Assembly: GCA_964558595.1 (NCBI GenBank)
Contig: CAZLER010000002.1
Span: 31,414-95,413, forward strand
Direction of reading: 5' to 3'
DNA length: 64,000 nucleotides
Origin: an uncultured Thermotogae bacterium
Lineage (GTDB): Bacteria > Bipolaricaulota > Bipolaricaulia > UBA7950 > UBA9294
This document shows, piece by piece, positions 1 through 9,451 of this stretch. Below the pieces are notes generated by a model. The model was not told the DNA's origin, searched no databases, and saw nothing but the letters and a program-made list of their open reading frames with translations. The translations under genes and the position numbers were made by a program. Each line of letters starts with the position of its first letter. Position 1 is the first letter of the stretch.

Positions 1-396
1 CGAACGACGTTGGGAAACGCACGCAGCGGTCGGCCGGTCAACCTCGAACTGCCGCTGCGTCCGAGCGACGGCCTGGACGGCCATCTGGTCCTCGGACACG
101 TAGACGCCCTCGGCCGGATCGGGGCGCTGTACCGAGAGGATCGCCAATGGACGGCCATCGTCTCCACCCCGGGTCCCTTCCTACGGTACATCGTGGAAAA
201 GGGGTCGATCGCCGTCGACGGGATCAGCCTGACGAGCTACGGGCTCGACGGCGCCTCGTTTCGATGCTCGATCATCCCCGAGACCTATGAGAACACGGCG
301 CTGCGACACCGCGGCGTCGGTGAGCCGGTGAACCTGGAGTTCGACATCGTGGCCAAGTACGTCGAAAGGATGATGCCGTTTGTTCATCGCGATTGA
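1..396 (+). CDS. ribE: Riboflavin synthase alpha chain, 5'-partial (runs off window start)
   Basis: VNLE...[23 protein letters not shown] and [11 protein letters not shown] motifs; frame open from base 1; directly upstream of ribBA. Confidence 0.93.
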   Translation, partial: RTTLGNARSGRPVNLELPLRPSDGLDGHLVLGHVDALGRIGALYREDRQWTAIVSTPGPFLRYIVEKGSIAVDGISLTSYGLDGASFRCSIIPETYENTALRHRGVGEPVNLEFDIVAKYVERMMPFVHRD

Positions 397-1579
397 GGAA
401 GCAATCCGCAGATACCGCGCCGGCGAGATGCTGATCCTCGTCGACGACGAGCGACGGGAGAACGAGGGGGATCTCGTGATCGCCGCCGAGCACGCCGAGG
501 CCGAGGCGATCAACTTCATGGTCGCCCATGGGCGGGGGCTCGTCTGCGTACCGATCACCGAGGAGCGGGCTCGCGCGCTGGGGCTGGCCCCGATGTGTTC
601 GGAGAACACCGCCCTTCACGGCACCCACTTCACCGTATCGGTCGACGCCCGAGAGGGGATCAGCACCGGGATTTCGGCGCACGACCGAGCCCACACGATC
701 CGGCTCCTCGTCGACGAGACGACCCGCCCCGACGATCTCGCACGCCCCGGGCACGTGTTTCCACTGATCGCCCGCGATGGAGGCGTGCTTCGACGCGCCG
801 GGCACACCGAAGCGACGGTCGATCTCGCCCGCCTCGCCGAACTCCGACCGGCGGCGGTGCTGTGCGAGATCCTCAACGACGACGGCACGATGGCCCGTAT
901 TCCCCAGCTGGAGCCGTTCGCCGAGAAGCACGGGCTGGCGATGGTCAACATCGCCGATCTCATCGCGTATCGAAAGCGAACCGAGCGGCTCGTCGAGCGG
1001 GTGGCGGAGGCGACGCTGCCGACACCGTTCGGGACGTTCCGCATTGTCAGCTATACCAGCCCGATCGAGAAGGAGGAGCATATCGCGTTGGTCAAGGGCG
1101 ACGTCGTGGGGGTGGAAAACGTCCTCGTACGGGTCCACTCCGAGTGCCTGACCGGCGACGTGTTCGGCTCGTTCCGCTGCGACTGCGGTGGGCAGCTGCA
1201 CCACGCCCTCGAGCAGATCCATCAGGAGGGTCGGGGGGTGTTGGTGTACATGCGCCAGGAAGGGCGAGGGATCGGCTTGAAGAACAAGGTGTGCGCGTAC
1301 CAGCTGCAGGATCAGGGAATGGACACCGTGGAGGCCAACGAACGCCTGGGGTTCGCCCCCGATCTTCGCGACTACGGGATCGGCGCGCAGATCCTGTGCG
1401 ATCTCGGCCTGTCGACGATCCGCCTGCTGACCAACAACCCCAAGAAGATCGTCGGCCTGTCCGGCCACGGGCTGACGGTGGTCGAACAGGTCCCGATCGA
1501 GACGCCGCCCAATCCGTACAATCTCCAGTACTTGCGCACGAAGAAGGAAAAACTGGGTCACCAGCTGCGCGAGGTGTAG
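380..1579 (+). CDS. ribBA: Bifunctional DHBP synthase / GTP cyclohydrolase II
   Basis: [48 protein letters not shown] motifs; TTG start overlapping ribE end. Confidence 0.97.
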   Translation: MFIAIEEAIRRYRAGEMLILVDDERRENEGDLVIAAEHAEAEAINFMVAHGRGLVCVPITEERARALGLAPMCSENTALHGTHFTVSVDAREGISTGISAHDRAHTIRLLVDETTRPDDLARPGHVFPLIARDGGVLRRAGHTEATVDLARLAELRPAAVLCEILNDDGTMARIPQLEPFAEKHGLAMVNIADLIAYRKRTERLVERVAEATLPTPFGTFRIVSYTSPIEKEEHIALVKGDVVGVENVLVRVHSECLTGDVFGSFRCDCGGQLHHALEQIHQEGRGVLVYMRQEGRGIGLKNKVCAYQLQDQGMDTVEANERLGFAPDLRDYGIGAQILCDLGLSTIRLLTNNPKKIVGLSGHGLTVVEQVPIETPPNPYNLQYLRTKKEKLGHQLREV

Positions 1580-1691
1580 CCGGAGAAGGGCCGATCGGCG
1601 GCGGGTCGTCAAGACACGGTACAATCGTCGCAACGCAACGATCGGCCGCCGGGTATACGCCCCGCGGCGACGGAACCATCAGGAGGGACTC

Positions 1692-2159
1692 ATGGGAGCG
1701 GTTTTCGAAGGAAAGCTCGACGGCGGCGGCGTTCGGGTCGGCATCGTCGTCAGCCGGTTCAACAACCTGATCACCGAGCGGCTGCTCGAGGGGGCGCTCG
1801 ACCGCCTCCGCCGCTCGAACGTCGACGACGAAACGATCGATGTGTGCCGGGTTCCCGGCGCGTTCGAGGTCCCCAAGGCAGCCAAGGCGATGGCCGACAC
1901 CGGAAGGTACGACGGCATCGTCGCCCTGTCCGCCGTCATCCGGGGGGCGACCCCCCACTTCGACTACGTGGCCAGCGAGATCAGCAAGGGGCTCGCCCGC
2001 GTCAACCTCGACGCCTCGGTGCCGGTGGCGTTCGGCGTGATCACCGCCGACACCGTCGACCAAGCGATCGAGCGGGCGGGAACCAAGGCGGGCAACAAGG
2101 GTGCCGCCGCCGCCGAGAGCCTGATCGAAATGGTCAACGTCCTCCGCGCGCTGCAATGA
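1692..2159 (+). CDS. ribH: 6,7-dimethyl-8-ribityllumazine synthase
   Basis: VSRFN, VPGAFEVP, IRGATPHFDYV, RAGTKAGNKG; SD GGAGGG upstream. Confidence 0.97.
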   Translation: MGAVFEGKLDGGGVRVGIVVSRFNNLITERLLEGALDRLRRSNVDDETIDVCRVPGAFEVPKAAKAMADTGRYDGIVALSAVIRGATPHFDYVASEISKGLARVNLDASVPVAFGVITADTVDQAIERAGTKAGNKGAAAAESLIEMVNVLRALQ

Positions 2160-3415
2160 GCTACGAGCTCGTCCGGGGGATGAACGACATCCTTCCCGAG
2201 GAGATCGGATGGTGGCGTCGCGTCGAGGACGGGATTCGCGATGTCGCTCGCCGCTACGGCTATCGGGAGATCCGGTTCCCGATCGTCGAGCACACCGAGC
2301 TGTTCACCCGCGGCATCGGAGAGGCCAGCGAGGTCGTCACCAAGCAGATGTTCACCTTCCCCGACCGCAAGGGACGGAGCCTCACCCTTCGTCCCGAGGG
2401 GACGGCGTCGGCGGCCCGCGCCTACCTTTCCCACGGCATGCCAACGAGCGCACCGTTCCAGAAGTGGGTCTACCTCGGTCCGATGTTCCGCTACGAGAAG
2501 CCGCAAAAGGGACGGTACCGCCAGTTTCACCAGTACGGCATCGAAGCGATCGGATCGATCGAGCCGAGCCTCGATGCGGAAGCGATCGCGTTCGCGTGGA
2601 CGCTGATGACCGACCTCGGCCTCGGCGGGCTGTCGCTGCGGCTCAACTCGATCGGCTGTCCGAACGATCGAGCGCCGTATCAGGCGGCGCTGCGGTCGCA
2701 CTTCGCCGAAGCAATCGCCGGGATGTGCGCCGACTGCCGGCGCCGTTACGACGACAACCCCCTGCGGATTCTCGACTGCAAGCAGACGACCTGCCAACCG
2801 ACGATCGAGACCGCCCCCGGGCCCGCCGACTACCTGTGCCAGGCGTGCGCCGACCACTTCGGCGAGCTCCGGGCGCTGCTCGACCGGCTCGAACTGGCGT
2901 ACGAGATCGATCCCCACCTGGTTCGCGGGCTCGATTACTACACCCGCACCGTGTTCGAGCTGATCTCCACCGATCTCGGAGCCCAGGATTCGCTGCTCGG
3001 CGGCGGCCGCTACGACGGTCTCGTCGAGACGCTGGGGGGTCCACCGACCCCGGGGGTCGGCTTCGCCGGCGGAACGGAGCGGTTGGTGTACGTGCTACAG
3101 CAGCGGGATCTCGGGGGTCCGCCGGAGCGGCTCGACCTGTTCCTGGCAACGATCGGCGACGCGGGACGACGGCTGGCGTTTCACCTCGGCGAGCAGCTGC
3201 GCCGGAGCGGAGCCTCGATCGAACTCGACCACCGCGACCGGGCCCTCCGCAAGCAGCTGGCCCTCGCCAATGCGCTGTCGGCGCGCTGGTTGTTGGTGAT
3301 CGGCGACGACGAGGCGGCCATGGGCGCCGGCCGTCTCAAGCGAATGGATACCGGCGAGGAGGAGGACGTCGCGCTCACCGCCGACGTGGTGCGCCGAACG
3401 ATCGAAGGAGGATGA
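2156..3415 (+). CDS. hisS: Histidine--tRNA ligase
   Basis: Starts MSYELVRGMNDILP (ATG overlaps ribH stop); LRPEGTAS, FRYEKPQKGRYRQFHQ, LVRGLDYYT, GGGRYDGL. Confidence 0.97.
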   Translation: MSYELVRGMNDILPEEIGWWRRVEDGIRDVARRYGYREIRFPIVEHTELFTRGIGEASEVVTKQMFTFPDRKGRSLTLRPEGTASAARAYLSHGMPTSAPFQKWVYLGPMFRYEKPQKGRYRQFHQYGIEAIGSIEPSLDAEAIAFAWTLMTDLGLGGLSLRLNSIGCPNDRAPYQAALRSHFAEAIAGMCADCRRRYDDNPLRILDCKQTTCQPTIETAPGPADYLCQACADHFGELRALLDRLELAYEIDPHLVRGLDYYTRTVFELISTDLGAQDSLLGGGRYDGLVETLGGPPTPGVGFAGGTERLVYVLQQRDLGGPPERLDLFLATIGDAGRRLAFHLGEQLRRSGASIELDHRDRALRKQLALANALSARWLLVIGDDEAAMGAGRLKRMDTGEEEDVALTADVVRRTIEGG

Positions 3416-3416
3416 G

Positions 3417-3911
3417 ATGGAGCTGAAGCTGGAGCTGGACCTCGTTCCGATCGACAATCCCGACGGGTTGAACCTGATCCTCGGGCAAGCCCACTTCATC
3501 AAGACGGTGGAGGACGTGGTCGAGGCGTTGGTCGGTTCGATCCCCGGGATCCGATTCGGGTTGGCGTTCTGCGAAGCTTCCGGACCGGCGCTGGTCCGTC
3601 ACGCCGGCACCGACGAGGAGCTCGAACGGATGGCGATCCGCAACGCCGAGGCGATCGGCGCCGGCCACGCCTTCCTCGTCTTCCTCAAGGATGCGTTTCC
3701 GATCAACGTGCTGCCCGCGATCCGGAGCGTCCCCGAGGTGTGCGGCATCTTCTGCGCCACCGCCAATCCAGTGGAGGTGATCGTCGCCGTGTCGGAGCAA
3801 GGACGCGGGGTCCTCGGCGTCATCGACGGCGCTTCGCCCGCCGGCGTGGAGAGCGGAGAGGACGTCGCCCAGCGCCAGGCGTTCCTCCGCCAGATCGGCT
3901 ACAAAGCGTAA
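3417..3911 (+). CDS. Adenosine-specific kinase family protein (DUF355-like)
   Basis: ILGQAHFIKTVED, GLAFCEASG, FCATANP, GRGVLGVIDG motifs. Confidence 0.85.
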   Translation: MELKLELDLVPIDNPDGLNLILGQAHFIKTVEDVVEALVGSIPGIRFGLAFCEASGPALVRHAGTDEELERMAIRNAEAIGAGHAFLVFLKDAFPINVLPAIRSVPEVCGIFCATANPVEVIVAVSEQGRGVLGVIDGASPAGVESGEDVAQRQAFLRQIGYKA

Positions 3912-4140
3912 CCCGAACCGCTGCCTCCACGGCGGTTGTCCGCACCAGCCCGCGCCCCCCTACTCCCACTCCGCTCGCCATGCGCGCGGCCAGGAGTCCC
4001 TCCCGGCCGGTCTCCGACCGGCCCCGATGGCGGGGCGGATCAAAGCGCCTCTTGGCGTGGTTCCTCTTGCCGAGATCGGCGAGGCTGGATACCGTTGACC
4101 GCCATCGCCGGCTCACCGCTTCCCACCGTTTCTGACAGGC

Positions 4141-4169
4141 TTGATCATGGGCAAGGTCGCCGCTACACT
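4141..4169 (+). promoter_or_regulatory. Sigma70-type promoter of the ABC exporter operon
   Basis: TTGATC (4141-4146), 17-nt spacer, TACACT (4164-4169). Confidence 0.6.
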
Positions 4170-4218
4170 ACGCTATCCACAACCGGCCCCTTCCGGGCCT
4201 TCTCGGGAGGTAGCGTAG

Positions 4219-4242
4219 ATGATGAGGATCCTCACCGCCTAG
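4219..4242 (+). CDS. Putative 7-aa leader peptide / uORF (MMRILTA)
   Basis: SD GGGAGGT at 4205-4211, then ATG ATG AGG ATC CTC ACC GCC TAG, inside the predicted 5' UTR. Confidence 0.4.
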   Translation: MMRILTA

Positions 4243-4359
4243 AGCGTTCGCGGCTCGTCATTCGGCGGCCGCTGTCGGATCGCAATCGCCGAACCTTCGG
4301 TTCGGTTGGACTCACCGTCGGCCGGTTCATCCGTTGTCTCACCGTGTCAGGAAGTCACG

Positions 4360-5193
4360 ATGTCAATCCATGCGCTGGAGATCGTCCGTGCCGAGAAGCG
4401 GTTCGTGCGCCGGGACCGCGCGCCGCGCCGCCCGGGGAAGGGGAGAAGGAAGAGGAGGGAGTCGGTCGTCGCGTTGCACCAGATCGATCTCACCGTCGCC
4501 CGGGGGGAGGTGTTCGGTGTGCTCGGTCCCAACGGATCGGGCAAGTCGACGTTGATTCGGCTGGTGTCGACTCTGCTGCTGCCCGACAGCGGGGCGGTCC
4601 GGGTGTTCGGACACGACATCGAGAAGGACCCGTTCGTCGTCAAGCGGATGATCAACCGGGTCTCGGTCGACGCGGCGTTCTTCAAGAAGTTCTCGCCGGT
4701 GGAGAACCTGATGTACGCGGCCCGCCTCTACGGCCTGGAGGCCCGGCCGGCGCGCAGCAAGATGGAGGCGATCATGACGCGGCTCGGCCTGGAACCCGCG
4801 ACATTTCGACAACCGATGGAGCACATGTCCCGCGGGATGCAGCAGAAGGTCGCCGTAGCGAGAGGGTTTCTGACCTCGCCGATCCTGCTGCTTCTCGACG
4901 AGCCGACCACCGGCCTCGATCCGCATTCCAAGCGTGACGTGCAGGCGTTCGTCCGCGAGATCCGCGACGCGCACGACGCCACCGTGCTGCTGACGACCCA
5001 CGACATGGACGAGGCCGATCGGCTGTGCGATCGGATCGCCATCCTCGACGGCGGCCGGATCGTCGCCCTCGACACCCCGGCACGGCTGAAGGAGCGGGTC
5101 CCGTCGCGCGACGGCATCTCCCCGACGCTCGAGGACGTGTTCATCGCGTTGACCGGTCGAAGGTTCGAGGAAGCGGAGGAGACGGTGCGATGA
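4360..5193 (+). CDS. ABC-2 type exporter ATP-binding protein (DrrA-like)
   Basis: Walker A GPNGSGKST, signature MSRGMQQK, LLLDEPTTGLDP, H-loop LLTTHDM, C-terminal PTLEDVFIALTG. Confidence 0.93.
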   Translation: MSIHALEIVRAEKRFVRRDRAPRRPGKGRRKRRESVVALHQIDLTVARGEVFGVLGPNGSGKSTLIRLVSTLLLPDSGAVRVFGHDIEKDPFVVKRMINRVSVDAAFFKKFSPVENLMYAARLYGLEARPARSKMEAIMTRLGLEPATFRQPMEHMSRGMQQKVAVARGFLTSPILLLLDEPTTGLDPHSKRDVQAFVREIRDAHDATVLLTTHDMDEADRLCDRIAILDGGRIVALDTPARLKERVPSRDGISPTLEDVFIALTGRRFEEAEETVR

Positions 5194-6014
5194 GCACATG
5201 GGTGCGCGAGGCGCGGGGTGCGTACGCGTTCGTCGAACGCAACATCCATCTGATCAAACGGTACTGGGGTTGGGAACTCGTGTGGTTGATCTACTCCCTG
5301 ACCAACGCGCTGGCGATCACCTACATCGGCCACGGCATGGGAGCGATCTCCGGGCAGGAGATCGACACATCCTACGTGGTGACCTACCTGCTGGTGGGCG
5401 CGCTGATCTGGCAATACCTGTCGGTCATCTTCTACGCGATCAGCGAGATGATCGCCTGGGAGCGCTGGGAAGGCACGATCGAGTACACGTTCATGGCTCC
5501 CGTGTCCCGGCCGACCCACCTGATCGGAACGACGCTGTTCGCGATCGGCTACGGAATCGTGCGAACCCTGGTCATTCTGGCGATCGTCGCGCTGTTCTTC
5601 CGGCTGGATCTGTCCGGTGCCAACCTACTGGGCGCGGTGTTCCTGCTGCTTGCCGGCAGCGTATCGTTCGTCGGTCTCGGCATCGTGGCGGCGGTGCTGC
5701 CGCTGCTCTACCCGGAACGCGGCGCCCAGATGACCAACGCCGTGGCGGCGATCCTGCTCTTGATCTCGGGGGTCTACTACCCGGTCGAAACGCTGCCAGA
5801 ATGGCTGCAGGGGATCGCCGCTGCCTCCCCGGCGACGTACGTCCTCCGCGGGATGCGGGCTTGCCTGCTCGAGGGCGCGTCGACCTGGACGCTGCTGCCG
5901 ACCGTCCTCCTACTCCTGGGCGTCGGCTTCGCGGTGATCACGATCGGCCTGTGGGTGTTCCGGCATGTCGAGCGGTACGCCAAGCGGTCCGGGCGGCTGA
6001 AGCGCTCCGGCTGA
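5190..6014 (+). CDS. ABC-2 type exporter permease
   Basis: About 6 TM segments, ERWEGTIE motif, SGVYYPVETLPEWLQ motif; ATGA overlap with the ATPase. Confidence 0.92.
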   Translation: MSTWVREARGAYAFVERNIHLIKRYWGWELVWLIYSLTNALAITYIGHGMGAISGQEIDTSYVVTYLLVGALIWQYLSVIFYAISEMIAWERWEGTIEYTFMAPVSRPTHLIGTTLFAIGYGIVRTLVILAIVALFFRLDLSGANLLGAVFLLLAGSVSFVGLGIVAAVLPLLYPERGAQMTNAVAAILLLISGVYYPVETLPEWLQGIAAASPATYVLRGMRACLLEGASTWTLLPTVLLLLGVGFAVITIGLWVFRHVERYAKRSGRLKRSG

Positions 6015-6166
6015 CGAGAGAGACGGCGGCGGCCGGCCGGACTCCAGCCGTTACGCGGGGTTCGCCGCGTGGGGTCGGTTCCGACCACCGCAAGGCCGAG
6101 GGAGGGGAAAAAGGCGAACGACCCCTTGGCCTTCTCCCCTAGCGCGGATGGCTGCGATGACGCGTC

Positions 6167-7096
6167 CTACAGGTGCTCGTTCACCTCGTCGAGCAGGGTT
6201 CGGGCATGCTCCTGGGCGTACGCGTTCATCAGCGGGAACCGATCCCCGACCTCCTCGCTCAGCACCTCCTGCAGGATGCGGGCGGCATCCTCCCATTGCT
6301 TCTTGGGCATCAGATAGTACTCCGCGAAGAACGTCCGGTTCTCGAAGTAGCTGTCGGCGTCGGGAACGGTCTCTCCGGCGCCGCACGTCGCACAGTGGAT
6401 CGGCTCGTTGACCACGTGGCACAGGTAGAACATCGCCTTGTCGACGTCGCGGCCGAACAGCCCCGGTAGCTGTTCGTAGTAGCCGCCGAGCGATCGATAG
6501 ACGCCGCCGGCGATGAACGTCGGGTCGAGCTCCAACGCCCGCTCCATCAGCATCTCCGCCTTTCCGGGCACCCCGGCGAACACGGCGGCCATCTTGTTTT
6601 CCTTCGATGCGCGTAGCCAGTTCGAGTTCGTCCAGTAGATCGCCCGGATATCGGTAGCCTGGGCCACCGATTCATCGAACCGTCCGCCGGAGAGGTCGTT
6701 GAATCCCGGATCCATGCGCAGCGACTTGAACCCCCAGTTCTTGCCGGCGCGGTAGACCGGATAGCTATCCGGCTCGATCATGAACACATTGGCCAGCGTG
6801 TAGTACGCTTGGGAGAGGTGGTTGACGATCGGCTTGAGGCTCAGGTCGATCTCCAGGGCTCCGACCGCCTCCTCGCTGTCCTCGTTGAGATCTTCGGGGG
6901 CACCCAACCCCGCCTTCAGCGCCGCGATGATCTCCTCGAGTTGGGCCCTTCCGGCCTCCGAGTACTCCACCATGATCTGGTCGTTCACGAAGAACGATTC
7001 GGCGGTTTCCAGGTCCATCGGCGCCTGGGCGAACCCCGATACGCCCGCCAGCGCAAGCGCGCATACGACGCATGCCAGTATGTGTCTGTGCCTCAT
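6167..7096 (-). CDS. Secreted TPR protein, TatT-like (TRAP-T component family)
   Basis: SD GGAGG before MRHRHILAC; signal peptide; ERALELDPTF..GG.YR.LG.YY..LP..FG.D motif; paralogue of 7169..8119. Confidence 0.65.
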   Translation of the reverse strand: MRHRHILACVVCALALAGVSGFAQAPMDLETAESFFVNDQIMVEYSEAGRAQLEEIIAALKAGLGAPEDLNEDSEEAVGALEIDLSLKPIVNHLSQAYYTLANVFMIEPDSYPVYRAGKNWGFKSLRMDPGFNDLSGGRFDESVAQATDIRAIYWTNSNWLRASKENKMAAVFAGVPGKAEMLMERALELDPTFIAGGVYRSLGGYYEQLPGLFGRDVDKAMFYLCHVVNEPIHCATCGAGETVPDADSYFENRTFFAEYYLMPKKQWEDAARILQEVLSEEVGDRFPLMNAYAQEHARTLLDEVNEHL

Positions 7097-7168
7097 CTCT
7101 CTACCTCCTGGAGCTTGGACTGATGATCCCAACCTTACCGCGAACCGGTGGATCGGCCAACCGGTTCC

Positions 7169-8119
7169 CTACAGCTGCCGTTCGACCTCAGCGAGCAGCT
7201 CCGCGGCGATCTCCCGGTTCAATCCGTTGTACAAAGGAAACGGATCGTCGTCCGGTTCGTCGAGCACCGAGCGCAGCACGCGCCGCGCGTCCTCCCAGTG
7301 TTCGAGCGGCATCAGGTAGTATTGGGCGAACGCGACGCGGTTCTCGAAGTAGCGGGAACAGATCGGATCGATCAGCTCCTCCTCCCCGCAGAACTGCGGA
7401 TCGGCCACGACCGGGCAGAAATGGGCAAGCACCTTGTCGTAGTCCTGCCGCAGCCCTCCGGTGAACAGTACCGGCGTGATCGGATCGCTGGGCAGGCCCT
7501 GCCAGAATGCGCCGAGCGCCCGGTAGGCGCCGTACACCGCGTACGACGGCTCCAGGGCAAGCACCCGCTCGGACATCGCCAACGACTTCTGGGCGATCCC
7601 GGCCTTGATCGCGTCGAGGAGGTTCGGCTCGGCCCATCGCAACCAGCTGGCGTTCGCCCAGAACAGCGCCGCGACATCGGTCTCGGCGCGCACCGCGGCC
7701 ACAAAGCCATCCTCCCGCTCGAACGCGACGAACGCCGAGTTCATCCGCAGGCTCTTGAACCCCCATTGCTTCCCCTTGAGGAAGGTCTCGCGTTGGTTCG
7801 GCTCGCCGCGGAGGAACGCGTCGGCGTAGGAGTAGTACGCTTGGGACAGCTTGTTCACCAAGTCCTTGTCGGCGGGCGCCACCGCGTACGCCCCGACCTC
7901 GGACTCCGACGTTTCGTTCAGATATTCGGGAACCCCCAGGGCCTCGCGGAGGCGCTCGATGATCCGGACGATCTGCTCTCGACCTTCCTCGGAATGCTCG
8001 ACCCGGATGTCCCCGTCGGGATCGAACAGGTCGAGCGCCTGCTGCAGTGTGTCTTGCCCCATGGCCGCTACGGCGAGCACCGCCAGTCCCAGCGGCAGGA
8101 GCGCGAGGATGCGCTTCAT
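7169..8119 (-). CDS. Secreted TPR protein, TatT-like (paralogue)
   Basis: Signal peptide MKRILALL; shares LSQAYY, GK.WGFKSLRM and YFENR blocks with the neighbouring gene. Confidence 0.65.
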   Translation of the reverse strand: MKRILALLPLGLAVLAVAAMGQDTLQQALDLFDPDGDIRVEHSEEGREQIVRIIERLREALGVPEYLNETSESEVGAYAVAPADKDLVNKLSQAYYSYADAFLRGEPNQRETFLKGKQWGFKSLRMNSAFVAFEREDGFVAAVRAETDVAALFWANASWLRWAEPNLLDAIKAGIAQKSLAMSERVLALEPSYAVYGAYRALGAFWQGLPSDPITPVLFTGGLRQDYDKVLAHFCPVVADPQFCGEEELIDPICSRYFENRVAFAQYYLMPLEHWEDARRVLRSVLDEPDDDPFPLYNGLNREIAAELLAEVERQL

Positions 8120-8271
8120 CGTCTTCCCCCTTTGCAGATCGGATGCCGGATGATAGCCGATGATCGGGACGTCGCCGAACCGCTCAGCACGGTTGGAACC
8201 CCCCCGCCCGTATGCTATCCTTCGCCTCGACCTCGCGGCGGACCATCCGTCGACGAAAGGAGGAGGATCCC

Positions 8272-8442
8272 ATGGCCAAAGTCGATCAAGACCTCTGTGT
8301 CGGATGCGGCTTGTGCGCTCAGATCTGTGCCGATGCGTTCGAGATGAACGCGGAGGGAAAGGCGGAAGCGATCGAGGGCGCGACCGCCGATTGCATCCAG
8401 GACGCCGTCGATCAGTGCCCGGTCAGTGCGATCACGGCATAG
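8272..8442 (+). CDS. Single-cluster ferredoxin, 56 aa
   Basis: CVGCGLCAQIC...CPVSAI; SD AGGAGG. Confidence 0.95.
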   Translation: MAKVDQDLCVGCGLCAQICADAFEMNAEGKAEAIEGATADCIQDAVDQCPVSAITA

Positions 8443-8464
8443 CTCCGTCTGTAGACCCGAACCC

Positions 8465-8497
8465 GGGGAGCGCGATCCCGCGCTCCCCGTTTCCTTT
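8465..8497 (+). terminator. Intrinsic terminator after ferredoxin
   Basis: GGGGAGCGCG-ATCC-CGCGCTCCCC followed by GTTTCCTTT. Confidence 0.75.
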
Positions 8498-8570
8498 GTC
8501 CTTCCCGCCCCGGTCGCTAGCCGATTGGCGAGGTCGAGGGTTGCGGGTACGATGGATGCGGTGAGCCACT

Positions 8571-9440
8571 GTGGGTGAGCGGAGGATTGGGTTGGCGCTT
8601 TCCAGCGGGGGAGCGCGAGGGGCGGCGCACGTGGGGGTGCTCAAGGTCCTGCACGAGCACGGGATCCGACCCGACGTGATCGCCGGGACCAGCATGGGCG
8701 CCGAGGTCGGAGGGGTGTACGCCTGTGGCGTAGATCTCGACGAGATCGAGGCGCTGTGGCGCTCCAGCTCGTTCGGCCGCGTCGTCAAGACGTTGTTCCC
8801 GACGATTCCCTGGTCCGGATGGAGCTCGGGCAACGGCATCACCCGCTTCCTCCGGCGATGGATCGGCTCGTCTCGCATCGAGGAGCTGCCGATCCGCTAC
8901 GCCGCCCTGGCCACCGACCTGCAATCCGGGACACCGGTTTCGATCACCCGCGGTCCCCTGGTGCAGGCGATTCGGGCCAGCCTGTCGGTCCCGGGGCTGT
9001 TCCGCCCCGTGTGGCTCGACGGTCGGCTGCTGATCGACGGCGGGGTCTCCAATCCGATGCCGGTCGACGTTGCCCGCGCCCTCGGCGCCGACGTCGTCAT
9101 CGGGGTCGATGTCCTCGTCGATCCCAACGAGGTCGGGCTCTCCGGCATCCCCTACCTGGAAGCGCGGGAGCGAGTGCTGGGGGTGATCAAGGGGATCGGC
9201 GGATCCTGCGACGGGCGTCGGTTCCATCCCAGCGTGTTCTCGGTGCTATTCCAGATGTCGACGGTGTTCCAACACCGACTGTCGGACCTGCTGTTGGCCG
9301 CCCACCCGCCGGATCTTCTCATCCAACCGGACTTCTCCGCTGCGCCTCCCTGCTACAGCGATGTCGGCTGCGGGATCGAAGCGGGGGAGGACGCCGCTCG
9401 CCGTGCGCTCCCCGAACTGCTGCGGATCCTCGACGGGTAG
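8571..9440 (+). CDS. Patatin-like phospholipase
   Basis: SSGGARG, GTSMG (GxSxG) and DGG motifs. Confidence 0.93.
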   Translation: MGERRIGLALSSGGARGAAHVGVLKVLHEHGIRPDVIAGTSMGAEVGGVYACGVDLDEIEALWRSSSFGRVVKTLFPTIPWSGWSSGNGITRFLRRWIGSSRIEELPIRYAALATDLQSGTPVSITRGPLVQAIRASLSVPGLFRPVWLDGRLLIDGGVSNPMPVDVARALGADVVIGVDVLVDPNEVGLSGIPYLEARERVLGVIKGIGGSCDGRRFHPSVFSVLFQMSTVFQHRLSDLLLAAHPPDLLIQPDFSAAPPCYSDVGCGIEAGEDAARRALPELLRILDG

Positions 9441-9451
9441 GCGGGATCCCC

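Noticed and set aside
1-396. FMN riboswitch expected for the rib operon
   Set aside because: The operon start lies upstream of the window; no FMN aptamer core was seen
272-1633. Long shadow ORFs (e.g. 272..1633-, 18041..19642+, 21619..22710-, 31268..33451+, 55093..57144+, 56090..57730-, 59358..60902+)
   Set aside because: They overlap well-supported genes, are Arg/Pro/Gly-rich with no motifs, and are expected from stop-codon scarcity at high GC
3923-3935. 13-mer GCCTCCACGGCGG shared with 45039-45051, both intergenic
   Set aside because: Flanks do not align, and a 13-nt GC-rich match is plausible by chance
4173-4181. DnaA-box-like CTATCCACA
   Set aside because: Single mismatched copy, with no cluster, DUE or dnaA gene nearby
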